Part shown: positions 10,035-20,637 of the stretch, in pieces | How the letters are laid out: each line of letters starts with the position of its first letter | Position numbering within the stretch: the first letter of the stretch is position 1 | Assembly: GCA_046536595.1 (NCBI GenBank) | Contig: JAWDMM010000002.1 | Coordinates: forward strand, 6,248 to 70,247 | Reading direction: 5' to 3' | Source of the DNA: Nitrososphaeria archaeon | GTDB taxonomy: Archaea; Thermoproteota; Nitrososphaeria; Conexivisphaerales; UBA164 | DNA length: 64,000 bases | Notes under the pieces: generated by a model | Seen by the model: the letters and a program-made list of their open reading frames with translations, nothing else | The model's database searches: none | Told to the model about the DNA's origin: nothing | Made by a program: the position numbers and the translations under genes

Positions 10035-12788
10035 TCACTTAAGAATAAAAGCTGGCTTGAAAGGAAGAGCGTTTTTAGCCCTCTGAACCTCTTCGCTGCT
10101 CGCTTCGGAAACGGTCTTTATGTTTATGGGAACTCCTACTTGTCTTGCAATGTAATCCAAATGTTTTTCATATACCTCTTTTTCTTCAATTTTTCCAACA
10201 TAATTTTTCAACAAATCCGGCATAGAGACTTTAATCTTCATAAATTTGCTCAGCATATCTTTTCCTACCTTTCCATCAACAAAATTTATTGCATCGTTTT
10301 GTGACAGTACAAACACTGTTATCTGTGTTGGCTTTTTCTTTACTATTTTAATTACTTCTTTTATGTCCTCTACCAGCCTGTTAACAAGTTCTATTTCAAC
10401 ATCTTTGACTTCTTCATATTGTATTTCAGAAGGCCAGTCTTCAAGAAACACGCTATCCTTTTCACCAACTTTCTTATACATTTCTTCAGCTGTGAATGGA
10501 GCAAATGGAGCAAGAATTATTGCCCAGTATTTTATAAAATCTTTCAAGGTCGCATAGTTTATATTTGAATTTACGTATTTTTTATAATCCTTGTACGCAT
10601 TGTCCATTATGAAGAACGCTTCAGTTACAGATAGCTTGACGCTCATTTTCTCCATGTTCTCCTTTATGTTCTTTGAAACCTTTGAAGCCCTGTTCAAAAG
10701 CCAGACATCATAATCATTTTTATCTCTTTTGGATGACGATTTAAGGTCCTGATCTATATCCTGTAGGATCTTCGCAATCCGTTCTTTTATAGACGCCGCG
10801 TACTCTCTCTTAAAGTTGGCGTCGTCCATGTATTCGGAGCTGCTAAGCAGAGCGATCCTTAATGCGTCAGCCCCAAACTCCCTAATACCTTCTTCAAGAG
10901 TTATCACGTTTCCCTTAGATTTTGACATTTTTTCTCCTTCAACTCTAAGCATTCCGTTTACAGCTATTGCTTTTGGCCAGTGATTTCTCTCAAAAAGCGC
11001 AACATGATGAAATATGAAGAACGTAAGATGATTTGGAACAAGCTCCTTGGCTGATACCCTAAGGTCTACAGGGTACCAGTAAAGGAATTCCTCTCTCATT
11101 TCGCGAACCTCATCTTCAGGTATTCCAGTAATGGATGTTATAAACGATGGATCGCCTTTTCCAAAGAACACGTAATCGTATAGCTCTTTTTTTAACTGTT
11201 CATGGCTGTATTTTTTAAGTCTGTGCCCAACTGTATAATAGGCCATATATACAGTTGAATCGCTCAGAGTTTCTACAAGCCAGTTTTTATCCCATGGTAG
11301 AGGAGTTCCAAGCCCGCTTTGCCTCGCACACGGGTAATCGTTAAGCCAGTCTATGACGTCGAGGAACCATTGTCTGGCTTCTTCAGGGTAGATTCTCATT
11401 GTTCGTACACATTCCCTAGCGGCTTCTTTCCATCCTTCATCTGAATATTTCAAGAACCACTGGTCCTGAAGTATTTTAACGTGGCACCTTGCTGTGCATC
11501 TGCATATTACAGGTTCTGGAAGCTCCCACATAGAAGATGCCAATCCCAATTCTTCAAGCTTTTCATAAACGACTTTTCTCGCAGCGTTAACGGAAAGTCC
11601 GGCATAACCATCGCAATTTTGTTTTAAAACTCCTTTTCTGAATTCAGCTGAATAAATGTTTTTGGTAGCAACGTCGGCGTTTGGATCGTTCTGGTCTTTT
11701 ATTTTGAGTTTTTCAACCTCTTCAACAGCAGGAAATTCACCGTAACCTTCAACCTCGATTATGCTTATTGGGTTTATTCCCTGCACATCCTTATAACCGC
11801 TTTTCTGAAGGTCTCTGAGCGCGAGATAATCGTAGGGCGCGTGCGCGGGCACACTATAAACAACAGCGGTTCCTATCTCAGGATCTATAAAGCTTGCAGG
11901 AAGGATAGGAATTTCTTTATTAACCAGGGGGGCAATCGCCTTTTTACCTATGAGCTCTTTTCCCTTAATTTCTGAAATTACCTCGACTTCAAAGAGCTGG
12001 TCCTTCAACCTTTCAACAGCGCTTTTGCCTATTATCCAAAGTTTGCCGTTTATCCTAGCTTTTACGTACGTTAAATCAGGGCTCAACCAGATGTTTGTAA
12101 CTCCAAAAATTGTTTCTGGCCTGAGCGTTGAAGCAACCAGATAAGATTCTTCATCCTTTAGCTTAAAAAATATAAGCCTGAACTCAACCGGAAAAACGCC
12201 TTCTCCCTGAAGTCTATCATGGTCTCCTACTGGAGATTTATCTCTGGGGCACCAGACAACTGGGTGTGAGCCTTTTGTAACATAACCCCTATCTCTAAGC
12301 GTTAAAAACTGCCATTCTATAAAACTTGAAAACCTTTTATCATAAATTGTAGTGACGAATTCCCTTCTCCAGTCTATCCCAAGCCCAAGTTTTTTCATTG
12401 CTTCCCTGTTCCTATCTGTGTAGTACCTTGCCATAAACACAGGGTCTTTAAATTTTTCAAGTATTTCATCAGGTACTTTGTCAATCTCCTTGAACTCTCT
12501 GACCATTTTCTCATCGCCTTTCGCAAGCCTTTCGGCAGCAGAAACTATTGGCTGTCCTGTCCAGTGCCAGCCCTGAGGATAAAGCACGTTAAAACCGTTA
12601 AGTTTCTTGTACTTAGCGTAACTATCAACTCTGGATGCTGTAAACGCGTGTCCAAGATGAAGCGGGCCGTTCATATAGGGTATTGGAAAAGTTACAAACA
12701 CCTTATCCTTAGATTTATCAACTTCAGCCTTGAATATACCAAGGGTTTCCCATCTTTTAACCCAAGCATCCTCTACGCTATTATTCAT
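10035..12788 (-). CDS. leuS: Leucyl-tRNA synthetase (archaeal type)
   Basis: 917 aa with HIGH-type PLHLGHAF and the KMSKS loop GEKMSKSKGN. Confidence 0.95.
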   Translation of the reverse strand: MNNSVEDAWVKRWETLGIFKAEVDKSKDKVFVTFPIPYMNGPLHLGHAFTASRVDSYAKYKKLNGFNVLYPQGWHWTGQPIVSAAERLAKGDEKMVREFKEIDKVPDEILEKFKDPVFMARYYTDRNREAMKKLGLGIDWRREFVTTIYDKRFSSFIEWQFLTLRDRGYVTKGSHPVVWCPRDKSPVGDHDRLQGEGVFPVEFRLIFFKLKDEESYLVASTLRPETIFGVTNIWLSPDLTYVKARINGKLWIIGKSAVERLKDQLFEVEVISEIKGKELIGKKAIAPLVNKEIPILPASFIDPEIGTAVVYSVPAHAPYDYLALRDLQKSGYKDVQGINPISIIEVEGYGEFPAVEEVEKLKIKDQNDPNADVATKNIYSAEFRKGVLKQNCDGYAGLSVNAARKVVYEKLEELGLASSMWELPEPVICRCTARCHVKILQDQWFLKYSDEGWKEAARECVRTMRIYPEEARQWFLDVIDWLNDYPCARQSGLGTPLPWDKNWLVETLSDSTVYMAYYTVGHRLKKYSHEQLKKELYDYVFFGKGDPSFITSITGIPEDEVREMREEFLYWYPVDLRVSAKELVPNHLTFFIFHHVALFERNHWPKAIAVNGMLRVEGEKMSKSKGNVITLEEGIREFGADALRIALLSSSEYMDDANFKREYAASIKERIAKILQDIDQDLKSSSKRDKNDYDVWLLNRASKVSKNIKENMEKMSVKLSVTEAFFIMDNAYKDYKKYVNSNINYATLKDFIKYWAIILAPFAPFTAEEMYKKVGEKDSVFLEDWPSEIQYEEVKDVEIELVNRLVEDIKEVIKIVKKKPTQITVFVLSQNDAINFVDGKVGKDMLSKFMKIKVSMPDLLKNYVGKIEEKEVYEKHLDYIARQVGVPINIKTVSEASSEEVQRAKNALPFKPAFILK

Positions 12789-13256
12789 CTTTTCGATTTA
12801 AGCAGCTGATATTTATAAATATGTCGACCTAAGCTTTTATCTTTAGCTAATTCTATTTTGATATCATTTTAAATTTTTGCTGTAATTTTTATGGAGTGAA
12901 TTACCTCAACCTAGCGGTTGAAGTTTCTTGGTCTATCGCCACGCTTTAACGTGAGCTTTACCTTTTAGATCTTGATTGTTGTTAACCTTGAGCTAATATG
13001 TCATAACCTCCTCGGATGTTATCCTGAAAAGAGTTTCTTTTCTTATGTTTGCATTCTTTTCATCTTTTTACCAGAGACTCCGCAAGGACGGCGCAGTTTA
13101 TGCTTGTTATCAGCCTGTAGATCGCGCGCTGAAAGTCTTAAAAAATTTTCTGTAATAGATAGGACCCCCCCTTAACTCCCCGGTTAAGTTAAAGCAGAAC
13201 TGATGAGGAATAACAAAAAGGCTTTCAATGCGTGCTAAAGATCGGCTTTTTTAATA

Positions 13257-13567
13257 GCGGCGGCCGGCAGGTATCCCCAGACCCTGAACAGGATGCCCGC
13301 AGGCTTACGGTCTAGGCGGTGACGGCGCGGCGCCCCTTTCTCGCCTTAGGGCTGCTCCCTCCCGGGCCTGACCCGTTTCGGCGACTGGCGCTTACCCGAC
13401 CCCTTCGGATCAGGATAGCGCCAAGGTGGCCCACGCCGGCGCCATTTCATTCCTGCGGCCTGCGTTAACCCTGTTCAGGTTCTGGTTTTAACCTGCCTTA
13501 TCTGGCCCCCGCATATAGCCGGTTTCGGGAATGGGGGACGGCTAACCCCCCGGCCCTACCCGCCGCC
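13257..13567 (-). ncRNA. ffs: Signal recognition particle RNA (7S/SRP RNA)
   Basis: GC-rich ~310-nt block. The minus strand reads 5'-GGCGGCGGGUAGGGCCGGGGGGUUAGCC... and contains GGUCAGGCCCGGGAGGGAGCAGCC (complement of 13349-13373), matching the conserved helix-8 motif GGUCAGGUCCGGAAGGAAGCAGCC. The 5' and 3' ends are complementary (GCGGCGG/CCGCCGC). Confidence 0.85.
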
Positions 13568-13592
13568 ATTATTTTGTTTCTTGTATTTTGCT

Positions 13593-16253
13593 TTAAGCGT
13601 TACTGTCTTTCTCAAGCAAACTCGATAACACATTCTTTATAGATTCTTCATCGCACCTTGCAAAGCCCTGGGCTACGTTGTTCTTTGCCCCTCCGCCGCC
13701 TTTGCATTTTTCAGCCAGAACCTTGATTGCTTCCTGGACATCTTTAGACCTGTCTTTTGGAACCATTATAAAGAAAAAGCAGCCGTTCTGTTCACAGTTG
13801 AGCCACAAAAAGTTCTTGCCTAGGTTGTTTGCAACTGTATCCCCTATTATTATCGCATCGTCTTTTTTGATAGTTCTGTCTTCAAGCAGTACCAGGTTCT
13901 TTTTTACATTGCTTCCTATTACTAGGGCGTACTTTCTTAGAAGCTCTTCATACTTATTCTTCAGGTCTTCTGTTTCCTTTATCTTCTCGGTCACAGAGAT
14001 CTGAACAGAGTCAAGGTCAGGCGCGTTCAGAGTCTTTCTGAGGTTTTGAAAAGCTGAATACATTGTCTGCACGTATCTAACAGCTGCTTCTCCGGCAACG
14101 AACTCGATCCTGTCAACTCCGTCCTGAATCCTGTCAACGTTGGTTATCTTTATAAGCCCGATTTCGCCCGTCCAGTCACAGTGGGTTCCACCACAGGCTT
14201 CTACATCGTAATCGCCTACTTTGAGTATCCTTAACGTATTTCCAGGTACGGCACCTCCCTGATAGATTCTGAAACCAAACTGACTTTCAGCTACAGTTCT
14301 CGGCATGAGCAGCTTTTCTACTCTAACGTTTTTCTGTACGATGCTGTTAGCATAAAGCTCTATTGATTTAAGCTGCTCCTCAGTTATTGGGGAATGATGC
14401 GTTATGTCTATTCTAGCGTAACCTTCTTCCTTAAAAGCAGAGTGCTGCCACACCCACGGTCCTAAAACTGCTCTTGCAGCTGCGTTAACTATGTGCGTTG
14501 CTGTATGATGTCTCATCAAAGCTTCCCTTCTTTTTACGTCTATTTTCCCCATTACGGTTTCTCCTTCTTTAAATCCTGAAACGTTCTCAACCTTATGTCC
14601 TATTACCTCAGATATCTTTATAACGTCCACTACTTTAACGCCGTTAAGCTCTCCGTGATCTGGTTCCTGGCCTCCTGATCTTGGATAAAAGGCGGTCCTG
14701 TCAAGTATTACGTATCCGTTGTCAACTTTTAAGACTTTTGCTTCAAACTCTGTAACGTTCCTATCATAGTAAAGCTGTTCTGTCTTAGGTAGCCCCTGAG
14801 GGTTAAAAGCTGGCTTTACGCTTTCTGTCCTTGGATTTATGTGCTTTCCGGCAACATAGTTGTAGACTTCAGAAGGATCAAAATCTATCAACCCTTTTTC
14901 TCTAAGCACCTCTGGCGAAATGCCGTTTGATTCGTAAAGTTTTGCCGCTTCACTTATATCGAGCTTTTTGTTTTTGTAAGAACCTAGCATTTTTTCAGCA
15001 GTTTGAAGCGTTTTTTCGTATTTCTGTTGTTCCACGTCCACCACTTCCTTAAGCCTGTCTATGTTTTCTGTCAGCTCAGGGTACATGGGCTTAAGGTAAT
15101 CAGCGTGCAGCTTCATCAGGTCAAAAACGGTAACGTCCCATTTCCTTTTTTTGAGAATGTCAAGCATCCTCCTGAGGACAACCCTCAGGTTATATCCTCC
15201 GCCCACGTTGCTGGGAAGCTGTCCATCGCTCATGGCAAAAAGAAGCGTTCTGGAATGATCGAGGAGTATAAAAAGATCTTTAAGCTTCATTATCTCCTGA
15301 ATTTTTTCTTCTGGAATCTTTATCTTCGAATATAAGCTTTCCAGCGTGTCACCTTCTGAGAAATCCATCTCACCGGCGGTTTCATAGAAAGAAGATGCAA
15401 AATCTTCCTCAAGGATTACCGGGACAGTTTTTCTGAGCTTTTCAAGTATGCTTCCGAAAACAGCCTCATAGCTTGTAGGTGTCCCGTACGAAAGCCAGAC
15501 GAACCTTTCAAGCCCTGCCCCCATATCAACAACCGGAGGAGAGAACCTTGTATAGCTGGAAGGTGATCCTTCAAACTCTGTAAAAACAGCGTTTCCGAGC
15601 TCAAGGTTCTTTACAAAATACTCAAGGGAGTAGCCAAAAGCTCCATAACCTAACCAGACATCTTCCACAAAGACAACTTCTTCCTCAGGAATTCCGAGCC
15701 TCTTTGTCAAGAGATCAAAGTCGAGCTGTATGGTTCTATCTTTCCAGTAACCTTTTTCGTTGGCCAGAGCGTGCTGTCCTATCATGCAGAAAGAAGTATA
15801 ATGTCTGCCGGTAAGCCCGACGTTTGTTATATCGTTAAACCTGAGGCTCATCTGAGGAACTATAAGAGGGTTGGCAGGGAAGTCAAATATTATCTTACCC
15901 TCTTCAACCCTCTGAAAGTCAATTATCGAAGCGACTGTAAAATATAAATCGTCCCTCCACCTTGCGACAACAGGGTACCTTCTAACGTACTGATGCCCAT
16001 TTTCAACAAAAAAGTTCTTTATCTCGTCCCACATCTGTACGTAATCGAGCTTTTTTCCTGATGGATTTTTGATAAATTCATACCTTGAACAGGGCTGGTT
16101 TGGACAGTATTCCCTGTTTTTGTCAAGGGTCCAGAAATACCTGCCACATCGCCTGCACTTTTTTCTTATGAATCCCTTCTCTTTGAAAAGTTCCACTTGA
16201 TAAAGTTCGGGATGCTTTTCCGAAAACTCTTTTCTTAAGCTTTCCTTGTCCAT
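13593..16253 (-). CDS. alaS: Alanyl-tRNA synthetase (archaeal type)
   Basis: 886 aa with an N-terminal CRRCGRYFW zinc knuckle, the editing-domain motif HHTATHIV, and the C-terminal KCKGGGGAKNNVAQG. Confidence 0.95.
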   Translation of the reverse strand: MDKESLRKEFSEKHPELYQVELFKEKGFIRKKCRRCGRYFWTLDKNREYCPNQPCSRYEFIKNPSGKKLDYVQMWDEIKNFFVENGHQYVRRYPVVARWRDDLYFTVASIIDFQRVEEGKIIFDFPANPLIVPQMSLRFNDITNVGLTGRHYTSFCMIGQHALANEKGYWKDRTIQLDFDLLTKRLGIPEEEVVFVEDVWLGYGAFGYSLEYFVKNLELGNAVFTEFEGSPSSYTRFSPPVVDMGAGLERFVWLSYGTPTSYEAVFGSILEKLRKTVPVILEEDFASSFYETAGEMDFSEGDTLESLYSKIKIPEEKIQEIMKLKDLFILLDHSRTLLFAMSDGQLPSNVGGGYNLRVVLRRMLDILKKRKWDVTVFDLMKLHADYLKPMYPELTENIDRLKEVVDVEQQKYEKTLQTAEKMLGSYKNKKLDISEAAKLYESNGISPEVLREKGLIDFDPSEVYNYVAGKHINPRTESVKPAFNPQGLPKTEQLYYDRNVTEFEAKVLKVDNGYVILDRTAFYPRSGGQEPDHGELNGVKVVDVIKISEVIGHKVENVSGFKEGETVMGKIDVKRREALMRHHTATHIVNAAARAVLGPWVWQHSAFKEEGYARIDITHHSPITEEQLKSIELYANSIVQKNVRVEKLLMPRTVAESQFGFRIYQGGAVPGNTLRILKVGDYDVEACGGTHCDWTGEIGLIKITNVDRIQDGVDRIEFVAGEAAVRYVQTMYSAFQNLRKTLNAPDLDSVQISVTEKIKETEDLKNKYEELLRKYALVIGSNVKKNLVLLEDRTIKKDDAIIIGDTVANNLGKNFLWLNCEQNGCFFFIMVPKDRSKDVQEAIKVLAEKCKGGGGAKNNVAQGFARCDEESIKNVLSSLLEKDSNA

Positions 16254-16371
16254 TATACCTTTATGGAATGTATACCTTTGATTATAAATTTATCTTACGT
16301 TGTGTTTTTTTTGTCGAGCGCAAATATAAAAGAATGTTTATATAAACGGGAGGCATTCATTATGAACAGGT

Positions 16372-16815
16372 TTGGTCAAGATAGAGGTTGAAACTCCCCT
16401 AGACAAGTTCAGAGAATTTATAATACTCAGTACTTGCAGATCTTTTATACCGGATGAGCTTTATATGGACAGAGACGTTTTTCCAGAAAGAGAAACAGGC
16501 GTAGGACCTATATATGTTGAAGCTGAGGACAAAGTAACGGTTAAAAAAATAGGTGAAATATCTTTCGTAAAAGCCGTAAATGTTCTTGGAGTTATATACG
16601 AATCAAAGAGCGGCAATACAAAGCTTAGATGGAGGCAGACAAGGGACAGGTTTGGTAAGTTGAACGGCGAAGCATCAGGAAACTCGATTGTAAATTTGAT
16701 AACTGCAGGTGTCATAAACAAATCATATGTAGAAAAAGTTTTAAATACAGAAAAAAGTCCTAGTAAAAATGGACAATCCAATACTGATGATACCGGGTCC
16801 AACAAACCTCAGTGA
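16372..16815 (+). CDS. Hypothetical protein
   Basis: 147-aa ORF with a TTG start. No recognisable family. The low-complexity C-terminus overlaps the next gene by 47 nt. Confidence 0.35.
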   Translation: MVKIEVETPLDKFREFIILSTCRSFIPDELYMDRDVFPERETGVGPIYVEAEDKVTVKKIGEISFVKAVNVLGVIYESKSGNTKLRWRQTRDRFGKLNGEASGNSIVNLITAGVINKSYVEKVLNTEKSPSKNGQSNTDDTGSNKPQ

Positions 16816-17848
16816 TGACGTGTTAAAAGCCCTATGCCAGCCTATGATAGGCCACACCAGTCAGGAGTTCTATGAAGAGTTCAAGGAAGCTCATTCTTTA
16901 ACGTCTAAGCTCTTTGGTTCAGATCCAGAAAGGACCGTGCTTTTTAGCGGTTCCGGAACTTTCGGAATGGAAGCCCTTTTTTCAAGCTTTGCAAAGCCCG
17001 GAGATAACGTTTTATCGATCGTTAACGGATATTTTGGAGATAGGTTTGCTGAAATTGGATCAATATATGGCCTTAACGTAAAAACCATAAAGTTTGAACC
17101 CCATGAAGATGTTGATCTTGAACTTGTAAAAAATGAGCTTTCTTCCAAAAGCTACGATTTTGTGACTTTAACCCACATTGATACCAGCACCGGGACTATG
17201 AACGATCTTCGTGGAGTGGGAAAGGTTGTGAAGGAACACGGTGCCTTTTTTGTTGTGGATATGGTTTCAAGCCTTGGATGCGTAGAATTTAATTTTGATA
17301 CAGAACCCGTAGATTATGCTTTTTCAGCTTCTCAAAAATGTGTAGGAGCACCTCCTGGGGCAATAATGGTCGCTCTCTCAAAAGAATTGCTTGAAAAAAG
17401 AGGCTCTTTTAAGGGAAGGTCGTACTATTTCGACCTTAAAAGATGGTTACCTGTCATGAGAGATCCAAGCATTTACTTATCAACGCCAAACGTTGCAGTT
17501 ATGAGAGCATTAAGGGTTGCTCTTAATGAGGTTTTTGAGGAAGGTTTGCAAAACAAAATCAGGAGGCACAAGGAACTAGGAGAGATTGCGTATGAATTTG
17601 TAGTTAAACGGGGATGGCAGCCACTATCAAAAAGACCCTCACCTTCAGTAATAGCTTTTGATCTTGGAAAACCTGTAGCCAATGAAGTTGCCAAAAGCCT
17701 CTACAAACAAGGAATACTTGTAGCAAGAGGGTTGGGAGCTCTTAGCTCAAGAGTTATAAGGGTTGGTTACATGGGATGGACAACCAAAGAACTGCTTTAT
17801 AATACGTTAAAAAAGATAGAAGATGCTTTTAACGAGATAGTGCATTAA
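16769..17848 (+). CDS. Class V aminotransferase (serine-pyruvate/alanine-glyoxylate type)
   Basis: 359 aa with MIPGPTNL near the N-terminus and the PLP-lysine context FSASQKCVGAPPG. Confidence 0.85.
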   Translation: MDNPILMIPGPTNLSDDVLKALCQPMIGHTSQEFYEEFKEAHSLTSKLFGSDPERTVLFSGSGTFGMEALFSSFAKPGDNVLSIVNGYFGDRFAEIGSIYGLNVKTIKFEPHEDVDLELVKNELSSKSYDFVTLTHIDTSTGTMNDLRGVGKVVKEHGAFFVVDMVSSLGCVEFNFDTEPVDYAFSASQKCVGAPPGAIMVALSKELLEKRGSFKGRSYYFDLKRWLPVMRDPSIYLSTPNVAVMRALRVALNEVFEEGLQNKIRRHKELGEIAYEFVVKRGWQPLSKRPSPSVIAFDLGKPVANEVAKSLYKQGILVARGLGALSSRVIRVGYMGWTTKELLYNTLKKIEDAFNEIVH

Positions 17849-17855
17849 ACATTTT

Positions 17856-18950
17856 ATGATCGGTTCAAAACAGGCATACTTTCTGGCAATAACAATTCCT
17901 TTTCTTACAAGTTCAATGGTAGTATATTCTCTTTTATATAAGGCCGTTTTTTTATCGCAAATTCTGAACGTTCCCGCAAGCTATGTGGAAGCAACGATGT
18001 CTTATTCTTTTTACGGTGGAGCCGTTGGGGGTTTAGCGCTAGGGTACATAGCTGACAAATTTGGCAACAGGCTTGCAATGCTTGTTTCAGCGGCAATATA
18101 TTCAGCGGCATCGATTGCTGCCCCATTTGTCAGATCACTGCTGATACTTTCTTTTTTATGGGTCATAGTCGGGTTCGGGGTTAACGCTGAGAACGGGATA
18201 ACTTATGCAATAGTTGTGAAGCTGTTTGAAACTTCCAGGGGTACGTTTGGAGGTTTTTTGCAGGGGCTTTATTTCATAGGAATGTCAATCGACACTTTAC
18301 TAGCGCTTTTTTTAAAAGATGTTTATAGTTACTTTTTTATTATAGGTTTAGCTGGAGCTTTTTCTGCCGTTCTTTTCTTAATCTTGCCTGAATCAAAATC
18401 AGATAAAAGAAGGCCTTCAGAGTCATTAAAAAAATATTACAAAAGTTTTGCTCTAGGATCACTGATCTCTTTTTCTGCTTTCTTTTACACAATAATTCTG
18501 GTTACATTTGTCCCTCTTTTCGTAAAAGGATACCTTGTTACTTTTTATTCGCTTGCAGGTTTTACAGGCTTCATAATCTTTGGCTATCTATCAGATGCGT
18601 TTGACAGATCTTTGGTGTCAGTTTTCCTCCAGGCTGCTGGAATCGTTTTTGTAATCGCAGCGTTGACCAAAATCGTTGAGCTAGGTTATGTATTTTTTGG
18701 GCTTTATCTTGCATCTTCATTTTTTTCATACCTTGGTATCTGGGTTGGAGAATTCTTTCCTGAAAAAGCAAGGGCAACCGGAATAAACGCTTCGCTTTTT
18801 GTGGGAAGGCTCATGGGAGGGGCCGGCCCGCTGCTCGTAGCTTACCTTGGCCGGAACAATCTCTTTGGTTTTTACACAGGATCGCTCCTTACAGCGCTGA
18901 CTTTAGGGTTGTTTTCAAGCCTTCTGATAAAGAAGTACATAAAAGCTTAA
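17856..18950 (+). CDS. MFS transporter
   Basis: 364 aa and polytopic, with the loop motif GYIADKFGNR typical of MFS. Confidence 0.7.
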   Translation: MIGSKQAYFLAITIPFLTSSMVVYSLLYKAVFLSQILNVPASYVEATMSYSFYGGAVGGLALGYIADKFGNRLAMLVSAAIYSAASIAAPFVRSLLILSFLWVIVGFGVNAENGITYAIVVKLFETSRGTFGGFLQGLYFIGMSIDTLLALFLKDVYSYFFIIGLAGAFSAVLFLILPESKSDKRRPSESLKKYYKSFALGSLISFSAFFYTIILVTFVPLFVKGYLVTFYSLAGFTGFIIFGYLSDAFDRSLVSVFLQAAGIVFVIAALTKIVELGYVFFGLYLASSFFSYLGIWVGEFFPEKARATGINASLFVGRLMGGAGPLLVAYLGRNNLFGFYTGSLLTALTLGLFSSLLIKKYIKA

Positions 18951-19036
18951 AATTTTCCTGAATGTCAACAATTTATGGCTTTTGGGAAAAAATCATAGAC
19001 AACTTATTTTATTTCTAAATCCAGCGTGATCAGCTT

Positions 19037-19597
19037 ATGAGAAAGTTAAGGCTCGAAGATGTTCCTGATTATGGTGAGCTTGTTTCGGCTTTGGTCAAGA
19101 ACAGGTCAAAGGTAAAGCTCAAAGATCTTGCTTTTGTTTCGTTTTTGGCTTTTACAGGGGCTAGAATAGGTGAAGCGCTTAATTTAACGTGGAACGACCT
19201 TGACTTTAAAAACAGGACCGTAATAATAAAACAGGAGAAGAAAAGGGAAAACTTTGTGAGAAAGGTCCCTGTTCCGAACGATTTTTTCTGGGACGTTTTA
19301 AGAAGGCTGAGGGAGAAAAAACTGGGGAACAGACCTTTTAGCTTTACTGAAAGAAATGGTCGTTATATAGTTTATAAAGTTACAAGGAAGATCATGAAAA
19401 AGAGGTACAGACCTCACGCCATAAGGCATGCCTATGCAACTTTTATAATGAAAAAGACAAAGGATCTCGAAATGGTAAGGAGGCTTCTGGGACACAGAGA
19501 TTATACTGTAATCAGAGAGTACATGAACTACACCCAAGAGGATCTTGAAGATGAGCTCAGGGGTATATTCAGTGAACTAGAAAACTGGAACGAATAA
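19037..19597 (+). CDS. Tyrosine recombinase/integrase, catalytic domain only
   Basis: 186 aa with box I TGARIGEAL and box II HAIRHAYAT..LLGHRDYTVIREY (R..HxxR..H..Y). An in-frame TAA 7 codons upstream excludes an N-terminal core-binding domain. Confidence 0.8.
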   Translation: MRKLRLEDVPDYGELVSALVKNRSKVKLKDLAFVSFLAFTGARIGEALNLTWNDLDFKNRTVIIKQEKKRENFVRKVPVPNDFFWDVLRRLREKKLGNRPFSFTERNGRYIVYKVTRKIMKKRYRPHAIRHAYATFIMKKTKDLEMVRRLLGHRDYTVIREYMNYTQEDLEDELRGIFSELENWNE

Positions 19598-19621
19598 AAA
19601 TAAAAAATGAAAAAATGTTAT

Positions 19622-19951
19622 TTACTGTTTTTTCTTTACGACGATTTCTATTGTTGAAACGTTCCTCTTCTGGTCTCCTTCGCCTACTTCTTCAGTTCCT
19701 ATGGATATTTTGTCTACCTTGTAGACGTCCTTGCCGATCCTGTTGACCAGGACTTCAGCTACGTCTACAGCTCTTGATATAGCCCTGCCCCTAGCCCTGA
19801 GTATTACTTCAGGGTAGGAGGATAGCTGAAGCTGTGCTGAAAGTGCGTAGACCATCAGAGGCTTCTTCCCGATAAATATGTTGTTTGGCGGATAAGCCTT
19901 TTTTTGTTCAGCTGATTCGCCCTGTTGTTTTTCAGAAGGTTGTGATGCCAT
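19622..19951 (-). CDS. albA: Alba DNA/RNA-binding protein
   Basis: 109 aa with NNIFIGKKPLMVYA..VILRARGRAISRAVDVAEV..VSTIEIVVKKK, a strong Alba signature, plus a short acidic/Q-rich N-terminal extension. Confidence 0.9.
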   Translation of the reverse strand: MASQPSEKQQGESAEQKKAYPPNNIFIGKKPLMVYALSAQLQLSSYPEVILRARGRAISRAVDVAEVLVNRIGKDVYKVDKISIGTEEVGEGDQKRNVSTIEIVVKKKQ

Positions 19952-20112
19952 GTTTTCTCACTCACATAACCATAAGATAAGTTATATATATTCTTTTTGA
20001 ACAAAACGTTCTTAATTTTATTTTGCGTTTTGTGGAAAAAATTGAATAAAGCAGAAGGCTTCTGAAAATTATAATGATAATATTAATATCTGATTTTTGG
20101 CATTTTTTAAGC

Positions 20113-20637
20113 ATGGTAAGAGGAGTCTTCATAGGCAGGTTTCAACCTTTTCATCACGGTCACGGCGAAGCAATAAAGTTTGCTCTAGAAAACTCAGATG
20201 AACTGCTCATCGTGATAGGTAGCGCGCAGAAAAATCACGAGCTTGAAAACCCTTTTACAACCGGGGAAAGGTACGAAATGATACTGAGGTATCTGAAGAC
20301 GAAAGATTACAGAAAGCCCATACTAATAACTCACATGGACGATATAGCAAATCACAGCCTGTGGGTCAGAAACCTTATATCTTATTTGCCACGATTTGAT
20401 TATATATTTTCAAACAACAGGCTTGTCAAGATACTTGGGGAAGAAGCCGGGCTCAAGGTTATACCGGTTCCTTTTTATAAGAGGGAGGAGCTGATGGCTA
20501 CAAAGATACGCGAAAGGATAATAAAAGGCGAACCGTGGAAAGACCTGGTTCCTGAGCCAGTTTACGAATACATAAAAGAAATTGGAGGGGATTTGAGGAT
20601 AAAAGAGCTTGCCATAGCAAAGGAAGACGTTCACTGA
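20113..20637 (+). CDS. Nicotinamide-nucleotide adenylyltransferase (archaeal NMNAT)
   Basis: MVRGVFIGRFQPFHHGHGEAIKFAL..IGSAQKNHELENPFTTGER matches archaeal NMNAT. The tracked ORF starts at 20074, but the family N-terminus aligns with the internal ATG at 20113. Confidence 0.85.
   Translation: MVRGVFIGRFQPFHHGHGEAIKFALENSDELLIVIGSAQKNHELENPFTTGERYEMILRYLKTKDYRKPILITHMDDIANHSLWVRNLISYLPRFDYIFSNNRLVKILGEEAGLKVIPVPFYKREELMATKIRERIIKGEPWKDLVPEPVYEYIKEIGGDLRIKELAIAKEDVH

Noticed and set aside
13196-13256. Possible C/D-box sRNA suggested by CUGAUGA at about 13200-13206.
   Set aside because: No D box (CUGA), no C'/D' pair and no terminal stem in the following ~60 nt.
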